A stretch of 64,000 nucleotides of DNA from a virus: positions 9,394 through 73,393 of the IMG/VR virus record IMGVR_UViG_3300010430_000025. The stretch is one strand, 5' to 3'. Below the pieces are notes generated by a model. That model did not search any database. It was not told where the DNA came from and saw nothing but the letters and a program-made list of their open reading frames with translations. The translations under genes and the position numbers were made by a program. Shown here piece by piece: positions 49,125-57,549 of the stretch (positions are counted from its first letter, which is position 1; every line of letters begins with the position of its first letter).

Positions 49125-49361
49125 GTGATGGTAACTGATAAGCAAATAACTGAAATAACTCATAGTTTTGTGCAGTCTACATCAATGAGTAATTCGTTTG
49201 CTGAAAATGAAAAAGTAGGCAAAAATGGTGTAATTAAAATTACAGAGCATATACCAATGGGGGCTTTAGAAAAACATTACTTTGAGGTTGATTATGATAA
49301 TGGATTTACTAAAATGGTGTTCGAGCCTTATGAGGTAATTTATAAAACAGATAGTCGATAA
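49125..49361 (+). CDS. hypothetical protein
   Basis: 78-aa ORF between two leader-like hairpins. Confidence 0.55.
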   Translation: MMVTDKQITEITHSFVQSTSMSNSFAENEKVGKNGVIKITEHIPMGALEKHYFEVDYDNGFTKMVFEPYEVIYKTDSR

Positions 49362-49411
49362 TTGATAGTATGCACTCTATTCAGTTGGGAAATAGAATAG
49401 GGTTTTTAAAT

Positions 49412-49484
49412 GGGGCAATGGTGTAACGGTTAACATATTCGGGTCGCTCCCGTTTGAGTTCAGGTTCGAATCCTGATTGCTCCA
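49412..49484 (+). tRNA. tRNA-like RNA with Ala identity (G3:U70, A73), nominal CGC anticodon, aberrant anticodon arm
   Basis: GGGGCAA/TTGCTCC acceptor, GTGT/ACAT D stem, TCAGG-TTCGAAT-CCTGA T arm. Confidence 0.75.
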
Positions 49485-49571
49485 CAAAACTAAAATCAAG
49501 GTGAATAAGAGCGACCTTACGCTTATTGATTAGCTACCAATGAGTGGACAAAGCAACCTTTAATTAAAGTT

Positions 49572-49594
49572 AGGCGGTGTAACAGCCGCCTTTT
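49572..49594 (+). terminator. hairpin/terminator
   Basis: AGGCGG-TGTAACAG-CCGCCT-TTT. Confidence 0.6.
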
Positions 49595-49760
49595 ATTTAA
49601 AAATTATGATTTGGAAATTAATAGCACTATTTGAGTATTTTATAATAGGGATAATACTTATAGGGAGTCCTAAAGAAAAAGGCGTTAGCAATCTTGTAAT
49701 GGCGTTGTTTTGGGTAATATTAATTCCTATTGGAATGTGGCTAGATAGTAAAAATAAATT

Positions 49761-50084
49761 ATGAGCAAAGAAATATTAGACGAAATAAAGAATAATGCGT
49801 CAAACAGGTTGTTTGGTGTAAGTTTTAACGATTTAATAAACTACTTTCAGGATGAAAGTAGTGTTGATGCGGTGGTTGAAGAGATTGTAAATGAATGCAC
49901 CAATCAAATGCAAAAGGATATTAAGGAGTTGAGGCGAAAATTATTTCATTTAAACGCATCAATCGACAATGTTTGGCATAATGGCAAAACCAATGAAAGC
50001 GTTAACCTTGTATGTAAACAACAGCAAAAAGTAAAATCATTACTCGAAAAAACCAAACACTACGAGGATGCTAAACCTATTTAA
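49761..50084 (+). CDS. hypothetical protein
   Basis: paralog of 32686-33099. Confidence 0.65.
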   Translation: MSKEILDEIKNNASNRLFGVSFNDLINYFQDESSVDAVVEEIVNECTNQMQKDIKELRRKLFHLNASIDNVWHNGKTNESVNLVCKQQQKVKSLLEKTKHYEDAKPI

Positions 50085-50087
50085 AAA

Positions 50088-50324
50088 ATGAATAGAGAAG
50101 ATATAGACTGGCAAAAACTGTCTGAACTTATAAAAGGCAAGGTTGCTATAAAAAAAGCAAAGGGAGAAGATTTAACTGTGTGTTTAGGGGAAATGAAGGT
50201 AAGCTATAACACTTATCAAGAAATTAAAAACCTAAAGAAGAAAAGTATAAACACGGTAGTTCTTTTTAGGATAACTAATTGGCTAAACATTGAAGCCAAA
50301 GAAATTATAAAAAAGGTGAAATGA
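50088..50324 (+). CDS. XRE-like HTH protein
   Basis: resembles 30305-30511 (KK....T...I..WL). Confidence 0.6.
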   Translation: MNREDIDWQKLSELIKGKVAIKKAKGEDLTVCLGEMKVSYNTYQEIKNLKKKSINTVVLFRITNWLNIEAKEIIKKVK

Positions 50325-50435
50325 AAGCCTTAACTATTATACTATATTCCTTGTTATTATTTATAATAATAGGTATTTTTAGGGTAGTATTTTGGGTTAT
50401 AAGCAGCGAGAAAAACAGAATTAAATAAACTTATT

Positions 50436-50684
50436 ATGATATACAAAAAACTAACCACAGGCGAAGTGCGCGAAGGCAAAAACTTCTGTGTTGCCCGTAT
50501 CGAAGAAAGCGGACAACTGGCAGAGATAGAAGGCAGATGGACAAAAGGATTGTTTACCGTTAGCCTACTCCACCAACCTGGCTATATAGAAACCTATAAG
50601 CAATATGGAATTGCTGCTACGAAAGGCGAGTGGACAGCCGCAGTTGCTTTATTGCAAAAACAAGTGAAAAGTTTAAAAAAATGA
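50436..50684 (+). CDS. hypothetical protein
   Basis: paralog of 47803-48096. Confidence 0.65.
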   Translation: MIYKKLTTGEVREGKNFCVARIEESGQLAEIEGRWTKGLFTVSLLHQPGYIETYKQYGIAATKGEWTAAVALLQKQVKSLKK

Positions 50685-50847
50685 ACTACCTAACAGTATA
50701 TTACCAAGATGTAGAAACCTTAGAAGTAGAAGAAAAAATCTACTCGTATAGGTTTAAGTGGATGGCTTATATACATATATGGTGGTTAGAAACGTATAAT
50801 TACGAGGACGACCCTAATCCAACAACACGAGTTAAATACGAATTGAA

Positions 50848-51390
50848 GTGAAAGAAATACAGGAACAAAAGGAATGGATAAAAAGCGGCGGTATCGGATG
50901 CTTGTTTGCAACAGCACTTTTAAATAGGGCAAATGAAATCGGGTGGGTGTTTCAAATAGAGCCAAAAAGATTAGAAATACCAAAAGACTGTTTCGTTTTG
51001 TCAATACTATTCCCTAATAGCAACGCTGAAAAGGTTAGGCTGTGGGCATTAGATAATGGATTTTATATTGAGGACATAAACGAAATGTACGAAGGCTTAA
51101 GAATAAATCTGAGTGAAGGGATTTCTTGGGTGCAGTATTTCGGTAAAGACAGCCATGTAAAAACAAGGCAATCACCTCACCCAATGTTATCGTTTACATG
51201 TAAAATGCCACCACAAACCTATTTTAAAGTTGGTTTTAATGGGGTATTACACTTAGCACACGCTTCTATAAAACATTTAACAAAATTAGCGGCAGATAAA
51301 ATGTGGGAGAACTCACATAAAAAAACAGAAAAAATATTAGGGCATAAACCAACCATAAGAGAGGCAGCAAAAACAACATTTATAAAATGA
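50848..51390 (+). CDS. hypothetical protein
   Basis: 180 aa, GCLFA motif, His-rich C-half. Confidence 0.6.
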   Translation: MKEIQEQKEWIKSGGIGCLFATALLNRANEIGWVFQIEPKRLEIPKDCFVLSILFPNSNAEKVRLWALDNGFYIEDINEMYEGLRINLSEGISWVQYFGKDSHVKTRQSPHPMLSFTCKMPPQTYFKVGFNGVLHLAHASIKHLTKLAADKMWENSHKKTEKILGHKPTIREAAKTTFIK

Positions 51391-51818
51391 AAATATTAAT
51401 TATAGGGCAAGCCCCTCCATTACAAACGCAAAAAGTCCCTTATGACACCACGCTTTTATACGATATGTTAAGCTGGGTAAATATCACAAAGGAACAAGCT
51501 CAAGAAATGTTTGAGTTTGAAGCTATGAGCAACACATTAAGAGGTGTAAAAAATGGAAATCATTTACAGCCTTTAGTTGGAGAAATGAGGGAGCGATATT
51601 ATAACGTTCTTAGAGAAAAAATAGGAGAGGCTAATAAAGTTATTCTACTTGGTAATGTAGCTAAATACAACTGTTTTAAGTTTGGAATAAATTCAATAAA
51701 ATTCCCTCAAAATATTTTGTGCTTAATCCATCCTAGTAGAAGAAATTACAATAAAATAATGGCTAACAAAGAAGAGATAACCAATAAGCTAAAAGTTTTT
51801 TTATACGAACTAAACTAA
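51387..51818 (+). CDS. uracil-DNA glycosylase-like protein
   Basis: KILIIGQAP, VILLG.VA, LIHPS. Confidence 0.7.
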   Translation: MKILIIGQAPPLQTQKVPYDTTLLYDMLSWVNITKEQAQEMFEFEAMSNTLRGVKNGNHLQPLVGEMRERYYNVLREKIGEANKVILLGNVAKYNCFKFGINSIKFPQNILCLIHPSRRNYNKIMANKEEITNKLKVFLYELN

Positions 51819-51824
51819 AATATT

Positions 51825-52112
51825 ATGATAAAAACAGAACCAAACGACGGGGCTTTTGCCTGCGAAGACAACGGAGATTTAGCAGAAGAGGGAATTAAAT
51901 GTGCTCAAAAAGGCTTAACAATCCGACAATACTATGCAGGTTTAGCTATGCAGGGCTTACTTGCTGCACATCCAGAAGAAAACGCCTTTAATTACGAACA
52001 AACAGCAATCAGTAGTGTAGATTTTGCAGATGCTTTAATAGCAGCACTAAACAAAACCACAACCAAAACCCTTCCCGAAGGGACAGAAGTTATAGGGGAA
52101 AACATAAGCTAA
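51825..52112 (+). CDS. conserved phage protein
   Basis: GLTIRQYYAGLAMQGLLA..ADALI. Confidence 0.75.
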   Translation: MIKTEPNDGAFACEDNGDLAEEGIKCAQKGLTIRQYYAGLAMQGLLAAHPEENAFNYEQTAISSVDFADALIAALNKTTTKTLPEGTEVIGENIS

Positions 52113-52116
52113 TATT

Positions 52117-52443
52117 ATGGAAGCAAAAACAAAACATACGCCCGCTCCATGGTTCCCCGTACAGTATGCCTATAAATACAACATTCAAACTGTTGATTGT
52201 TATGCAGAGAATGACGTGTTGGATTTAGAGTATAGCCCAAATGCAGAGGCTAATGCTCAACTAATATCATGTGCCCCTGAAATGCTTGAGGTTTTAATAA
52301 AGTTATCAGAGTGGCAAAGGAAATATCCTCCTCAAAAAGTATTTTCTCACGGGCAGATAGTGAAAATAGCAGAGGAACTTACAGAAATTGTAGAAAAAGG
52401 AGATGAACTAATAACCAAAGCAACAACATTAAGGGAGGTATAG
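52117..52443 (+). CDS. conserved phage protein
   Basis: KHTP.PW..ANAQLI..APEML. Confidence 0.75.
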   Translation: MEAKTKHTPAPWFPVQYAYKYNIQTVDCYAENDVLDLEYSPNAEANAQLISCAPEMLEVLIKLSEWQRKYPPQKVFSHGQIVKIAEELTEIVEKGDELITKATTLREV

Positions 52444-52447
52444 AAAT

Positions 52448-52714
52448 ATGGGGGTTTATATTGATGATTATTTTGCTCCATACGGTAGAATGCTAATGAG
52501 CCACATGATAGCAGACACACAAGATGAATTATTTGATATGGTTGATAAAATTGGAGTAGAGCGGAAATGGGTACAGGATTTTGATACTTACAGAGAGCAC
52601 TTTGACATATCAAAAGCTAAGAGAGAATTAGCTATAAAAAACGGGGCAAAACAGGTTACAGCTCGTGAGTTAGTATCAATAACATTAAAAAAGAAGGAGG
52701 TAAAAGGTGAGTAA
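52448..52714 (+). CDS. DUF4031-family protein
   Basis: VYID..MSHMIADT.DEL..IG..W.Q..HFDI. Confidence 0.85.
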   Translation: MGVYIDDYFAPYGRMLMSHMIADTQDELFDMVDKIGVERKWVQDFDTYREHFDISKAKRELAIKNGAKQVTARELVSITLKKKEVKGE

Positions 52715-52898
52715 AGGCAAAAAAAACTTAGCGATGTTAGCGGCATTAATAGCTTTAGCAAATCCAAACGACACGCTTTTAAACGAGTTAAAACCCCGTG
52801 TAAGAGAGCATAAATCAACGCTTAATAGTAAGCAAAAAAAAGCACGAAGGAATAAGAACAAAGCCCGTAAACAGGGGCGCAGAAACAGTAAAAAGTAA
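52707..52898 (+). CDS. small highly basic protein
   Basis: K/R-rich C-terminus. Confidence 0.55.
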   Translation: MSKGKKNLAMLAALIALANPNDTLLNELKPRVREHKSTLNSKQKKARRNKNKARKQGRRNSKK

Positions 52899-52915
52899 AG
52901 TTAAACTAATAACAC

Positions 52916-52949
52916 AAAAGCCACCTATCATCCCGACTGGTGGCTTTTT
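52916..52949. terminator. bidirectional terminator at convergence
   Basis: AAAAGCCACC..GGTGGCTTTTT. Confidence 0.85.
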
Positions 52950-52976
52950 AACTTTTATATATGAAATTGAGAGCCT

Positions 52977-53189
52977 TTAATTTTCTTTTTCGTGCATTTC
53001 AGCAGAATAAGAAGTAATAATATTTTTAAACTCTTCTATGGCTATATCGTGAGAAATTTCACCTATAACAACCGTAACAAATTTAGTAGGCTGTATAGAT
53101 ATTGCTACACTATCAACTTCTGAAATAATTGCTGCATCATCTACCTCACGGGTAGCCTCTGCGTTCTTTAGTCTTGTAAATACTTTCAT
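52977..53189 (-). CDS. hypothetical protein
   Basis: last gene of minus early cassette. Confidence 0.55.
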   Translation of the reverse strand: MKVFTRLKNAEATREVDDAAIISEVDSVAISIQPTKFVTVVIGEISHDIAIEEFKNIITSYSAEMHEKEN

Positions 53190-53358
53190 AGTAATTTAGT
53201 TTGGTTAATTTGAGTTTTTTTAGTACCTTTAGTAACCAGTAACTGCCACAATATACCGTTGTAGTATATTTTTTCTTGCTTGTCGGCAATTTTATCCGTT
53301 AAGGCTGTTATTTTTTTAAGGTTGGTTGGCTGCTCTTTTGCAAATAGTTCTTGTGGTG

Positions 53359-53541
53359 TCATATAGTTTCTATATCAAATGTATATGGTTCTTTTAATTT
53401 ATCGTTTTTAAGCCTTGTAATAGCTTTTCTATACGCAAGCACTACATTATCCTCTCGAACGTGTAAAACGTCTTTAGAAGGCTTGTTTTGCGTATTTAAA
53501 GCTGTATATTTAATTTTATACGTTGGCATTTGGTTTAGCAA
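53359..53541 (-). CDS. hypothetical protein
   Basis: ORF in cassette. Confidence 0.5.
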   Translation of the reverse strand: MLNQMPTYKIKYTALNTQNKPSKDVLHVREDNVVLAYRKAITRLKNDKLKEPYTFDIETI

Positions 53542-53704
53542 ATCTACTTATAACAACAAAGCCGTGTTCTTTTGCTATTTTATCAGCCGCAAGCATTGCT
53601 TGTGTTTCGGTTGTAGAAGCTATATCTATAGTAATAGCATTAGTTGTTATTTGACCTTCTTTTTTGTGTACCTGTAGTACTACGGTGTATAGTTTAGTTT
53701 CCAT
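53516..53704 (-). CDS. hypothetical protein
   Basis: ORF in cassette. Confidence 0.55.
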   Translation of the reverse strand: METKLYTVVLQVHKKEGQITTNAITIDIASTTETQAMLAADKIAKEHGFVVISRFAKPNANV

Positions 53705-53714
53705 TTGTTTTTAA

Positions 53715-54128
53715 TTAAGACCATCTCTCAAATGTTCCGTTTATTAATTTGGCAAAATCTACACTTTCAGAATAATATCCGTTTGATGAGCCGTACCATT
53801 TTATAGTTACAAATCCTTTTTCGGTAGCAATTTTATAAAAAGTCCAAGTATAAGAATCCTCATAATCTTCTTTGGGCAAGCTGCCTTCATCGCTTGGATA
53901 TGAGCAGCTTTCTTCTGCTTGTAAAATAGGTGCATTTAGAAGGTCGGCTAAATCGCCATTTATGTCGTCAATACCAACACACTCACAACAATCTTGAGAA
54001 TGATACATTTTGTAAACTTCTCCCTCGCTTGTGTGAAAAATAATAGCATCCTCGCTATTGTCTTTTTCTCCTGCACGCTCTATTTTTAATAGGGTTTTCC
54101 CTAAAATGTTTTCTATTGAAAAATCCAT
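53715..54128 (-). CDS. conserved phage protein
   Basis: H.QDCCE.V..TWTFYK..W.GSSNGYYSE; start re-assigned to ATG 54128. Confidence 0.75.
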   Translation of the reverse strand: MDFSIENILGKTLLKIERAGEKDNSEDAIIFHTSEGEVYKMYHSQDCCECVGIDDINGDLADLLNAPILQAEESCSYPSDEGSLPKEDYEDSYTWTFYKIATEKGFVTIKWYGSSNGYYSESVDFAKLINGTFERWS

Positions 54129-54149
54129 AATATTAATTTTGTTTTTAAT

Positions 54150-54209
54150 CCTAAGAGCAAAGTGCAAAAAATGCACAATGCTTTCGCTGTTTACACTTCG
54201 TCAGTTAGG
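54150..54209 (-). ncRNA. candidate type I hammerhead ribozyme (reduced stem II)
   Basis: CCTAA-CTGACGA-N12-GAAA-stem III-TC-TTAGG. Confidence 0.6.
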
Positions 54210-54513
54210 CTTCTAAGCCGTTTTTATTATATCCAAGAGAAACTAAAGCGTCCTCAACTGTTATGGCGTTTGATCGTACGCTCATTAGATAGTTTCTGCC
54301 TTCATCTAACCGAGCAGCTATTTTGTTCAAAAACTGTATTCTATTTTTAAGGTTTTCTATTTCATTTTTTTGCCCCTCAAAACAAGAGGCGTATCCTTTG
54401 TTAGACATAGTAGCATCTACTACCATACCTTGCAACCTCATTACAAATTCCTTGTCTGGTTCGTCTTTTCTTTGATCTAAGCTTTCAAAAGCTGATGGAT
54501 ATTTAAAACTCAT
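54205..54513 (-). CDS. hypothetical protein
   Basis: start re-assigned to ATG after leader repeat. Confidence 0.6.
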   Translation of the reverse strand: MSFKYPSAFESLDQRKDEPDKEFVMRLQGMVVDATMSNKGYASCFEGQKNEIENLKNRIQFLNKIAARLDEGRNYLMSVRSNAITVEDALVSLGYNKNGLEA

Positions 54514-54869
54514 AATTTTTATATCTGTTACCCTATACACAGAGAGGTTTTAAGTTTAGTTGTTTATTGATTAATAAAAATTTCAGTTGAAAGGTTTAAA
54601 GCTATAAATGTGGCTACTTCTCCAGTCCATATACACCCACCACTATTATAGGTTGGTATATTATTAAACCTTTGTTCTATATACTCTTTTTCTTGACCGT
54701 AAGCCATAACCATTTCTACGCCTTCTTTAAACCAAGTTTGTTTAAGGCTGTATTTATCCTCAGTTACTCCAGTGTTCCACGTATAAGTTTTGCCGTTTTT
54801 AAATGCTATATCTAATGCCATAATTTTAATTCCAGCTAGCCTGTACACTGGTAGGTTTTAAGTTTAGTT
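54511..54869 (-). repeat. duplicated intergenic leader
   Basis: AACTAAACTTAAAACCT-hairpin-AAAATTATG at 54511-54561 and 54819-54869. Confidence 0.75.
54564..54821 (-). CDS. hypothetical protein
   Basis: start re-assigned to ATG after leader repeat. Confidence 0.6.
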   Translation of the reverse strand: MALDIAFKNGKTYTWNTGVTEDKYSLKQTWFKEGVEMVMAYGQEKEYIEQRFNNIPTYNSGGCIWTGEVATFIALNLSTEIFINQ

Positions 54870-55695
54870 ATTCGTCTATGTATTGGTATGCCCCTTCTTT
54901 CAGTTCGTAATCTTCTTTTGATTCAGGGTGTAGCAAAAATGCTATTTCGTATGCTTCTAGTGAGCAGCTTTCTATGTTTTTTTGTTCTAAAACACCGTTT
55001 TTGTATTCTGTTTCTCCGCAATTAGCACCAATATCTTCATCGCTATATTGGTATAAAATATGTACGTCTTTATTTTCTATACTAATCTTTTCAATTAATT
55101 CATGCACATCACTCCAAGCGGTTTGAAACTCAAAAACATTGTCTTCTACTTTAGAGTGAGAATATGAGTTCCATTTTGTTCCCCAATTTTCATTAGCCCA
55201 TGAATACCATGTTTTGTGCCCGTATAGTTTTTTGTTATGAGCATATTTTATTCCTAGCTCAAGAGCTTCTATTCTGTCTTCTATTGCCATTTTATAAAAC
55301 CTTTTCATAATTTCTTCTTCGCCAAGAAATCCAAAATCTCCTGTTATTATTTCGTAGCCAGTATCTCCCATGCTTCCAGACTCTATGTTTAAAGTTTCTG
55401 GCATTGGGATTATTTTATTAAAGTCTGGGAATATAGTGTATGCTTCTTCGTATTTATACTGTATACCGTCAGGCAATCCTTTCACAGTAGATTTATCTTT
55501 AAAAGTAAATACTTTTTCTTTTTCGTCGTACCACCCTAAATGTTCCCCTTTTTCGTTTTCGCAAATAATGAGAGGGATATTATCATAGGTTTCTGATAAT
55601 TTTTTAGGTACTTGAGTGCCGTATTTTTCAATAAGCTGTTTTACTTTTTCAGTCTCCCCCGAGAAAGTAAGTCTGTTTGTAATATGATTTGGCAT
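54868..55695 (-). CDS. DUF1281/Api92-like ferredoxin-fold protein
   Basis: MPNH..N.L, DFNKIIPMP, WY.W...NWGTKWN, FQTAW. Confidence 0.8.
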   Translation of the reverse strand: MPNHITNRLTFSGETEKVKQLIEKYGTQVPKKLSETYDNIPLIICENEKGEHLGWYDEKEKVFTFKDKSTVKGLPDGIQYKYEEAYTIFPDFNKIIPMPETLNIESGSMGDTGYEIITGDFGFLGEEEIMKRFYKMAIEDRIEALELGIKYAHNKKLYGHKTWYSWANENWGTKWNSYSHSKVEDNVFEFQTAWSDVHELIEKISIENKDVHILYQYSDEDIGANCGETEYKNGVLEQKNIESCSLEAYEIAFLLHPESKEDYELKEGAYQYIDE

Positions 55696-55999
55696 ATTTT
55701 TAAAAGTTTATTATTTGTATTATGAGATTAATTGCTGCACAGGCTATGCCTACTATAGTGGCTATACCTGCAATAAGGTCGTTTTTAGTTTTCATGTATT
55801 AATCTTTTTAGTTTAGTATTTAGTATAGCAGTTTATTGCAACGAAGGTTTTACCGCCGTCTTCTGTGTAATATTCGTTGTATGTATTCCCTTTGTGGGTA
55901 GTCATCTTTCCTGTTTCCAGCATTTCATCTGCTTTGGTTATTATTTTTTCACCAGTTGCTTTTATTTCTGCAAGTGTGTATTTACCTATCATAGCTGTA

Positions 56000-56287
56000 T
56001 TATTTAAATGCGTGCCAAGTGTGTATTAAAACTATATCTGCTTTTACTGCTTCTCCGTCCTGTTTATAGTCAATGGTGAATTTACATTCATTTTCGTTGA
56101 AGAAATCTATTTTTATTTCAGGTAAAAATATTTCTTTGTCAGAGTCGATATTCTCACGTATCAACGCTAGTAAAAGCTTTAAAAATTCGTCTTGGTTTAT
56201 TCTACCATCACCGGGCAAGACATCTTGAATAGTCCCGTTTACCTGTAGTATAGCGCATTTGTTATCAAAAAATTTAATTGTATTCAT
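56000..56287 (-). CDS. hypothetical protein
   Basis: ORF in cassette. Confidence 0.6.
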   Translation of the reverse strand: MNTIKFFDNKCAILQVNGTIQDVLPGDGRINQDEFLKLLLALIRENIDSDKEIFLPEIKIDFFNENECKFTIDYKQDGEAVKADIVLIHTWHAFK

Positions 56288-56338
56288 AATATTTTTATTT
56301 TAATAGGGGGCTATTTACACCCCCTTTGGGTTAGTTAT

Positions 56339-56821
56339 CTATATAAAGTCTTCGTATTTTTCTTGAAATTCGTTTAAAGCATCGTATACGTCTAAACTCA
56401 ATAGAGCAACTTTGGTTGTTGCACCTTCGCAGGCTTCGTATATTTTATATGCTGTTCTGCTGTCCTCATCATAGCCAAAATTGCTGCAAAAGTCATTAAA
56501 AGACTCGCTACCTGCTTGAGCATCAGAAAGGAAGTGATAAAATGCAGTTGTCAAGTCGCTATCGTCCATGTAATTTTTACCGCTTGTATAGTCCATGTGG
56601 CTACTATAGTAATCGAATGATATATTTATATCGTCGTGATTTACAGTAACTAAAAACTTGTTATGCTTTGTTTTGTCGTCTTCTTTGGCGTTAGGAAATT
56701 TTACCCCTGTTTGCTTTAAAACAGCAATTATATTGTAATCATTACCGCATATAGACACTTTAGCCACTTTTTTATGTTTAGTGTTGTCTTTTAATTGAGT
56801 GTAATTGTCTAGTGTTTTCAT
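56339..56821 (-). CDS. conserved early phage protein
   Basis: SF.DFC..FGYD.DSR.A.KIY.AC; first gene after promoter. Confidence 0.7.
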   Translation of the reverse strand: MKTLDNYTQLKDNTKHKKVAKVSICGNDYNIIAVLKQTGVKFPNAKEDDKTKHNKFLVTVNHDDINISFDYYSSHMDYTSGKNYMDDSDLTTAFYHFLSDAQAGSESFNDFCSNFGYDEDSRTAYKIYEACEGATTKVALLSLDVYDALNEFQEKYEDFI

Positions 56822-56866
56822 AATAAAAGTATTTAATAAAAGTTTATTTGTTGTCGTTTGACAGTA

Positions 56867-56994
56867 CAAACATACAACAAGTTTTTATAATTGCAAGCAA
56901 TATTCTAAAAATATTTACAAGTATTATTTAAAGTGCTGAAAATCAGGCTAAAAAAAATTACTTGCAAATATCTAAAATATATTATGTATATTTG
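56867..56994. promoter_or_regulatory. divergent early promoters
   Basis: minus CTTGCA..TATGTTTG (56867-56897); plus CTTGCA..TATATTTG (56961-56994). Confidence 0.8.
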
Positions 56995-57018
56995 TAGCAG
57001 AATAAAAATAAACTTATT

Positions 57019-57537
57019 ATGAAAGCAATAGCACAAAGAAACTTACCCCTTGAAACAAAATATTTTTTAATTGACAAGAAATATATTCCGTTAGAAAATA
57101 GCAGCGGTTGCGGTTGTGATAATTGCGGGCGTTTAATAGCTAATATAGCCACCGTAAAAAGTGAAGAGGGTAAAATATACAACATTGGTTTTGATTGTTT
57201 AGAAACGGTTTTAATGAACAACAATATATTAGAAGGAAAGAGCGTTGAGGAGTATAAGGAAATAAAAAAAATGCTACCTAAAATTATAAGGTTTGGCAAA
57301 GAGTTAAAAGCCACCATTGAGGAGTATAATATTAACAGGCAAGAAAGGTTTAAGCTAAATGCTTTAAAATTTGAGGTTAAAGACTATGAGTTTTGGGGTA
57401 CGCATTTTAAATTCCACTACTTGTTTGCGGACGGTAGAAAAGAAAACACTTATAAAAAGATAAAAGACATTAACCCTGTTTTTTGTGTTGAAACATTAAA
57501 AAACATATTACCAAGTATAAATATACAAACAACCTAA
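57019..57537 (+). CDS. zinc-finger early protein
   Basis: CDNCGR.I..IG.DC. Confidence 0.7.
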   Translation: MKAIAQRNLPLETKYFLIDKKYIPLENSSGCGCDNCGRLIANIATVKSEEGKIYNIGFDCLETVLMNNNILEGKSVEEYKEIKKMLPKIIRFGKELKATIEEYNINRQERFKLNALKFEVKDYEFWGTHFKFHYLFADGRKENTYKKIKDINPVFCVETLKNILPSINIQTT

Positions 57538-57549
57538 ACAATTTTTATT

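Noticed and set aside
49412-49484. tmRNA
   Set aside because: It has the GGGG/G3:U70 acceptor but also a D stem, and closes within 73 nt with no tag reading frame.
54129-54176. N-terminal extension MHFLHFAL of ORF 53715-54176
   Set aside because: Falls in the hammerhead-like stem; ATG 54128 has the typical TATTATG context.
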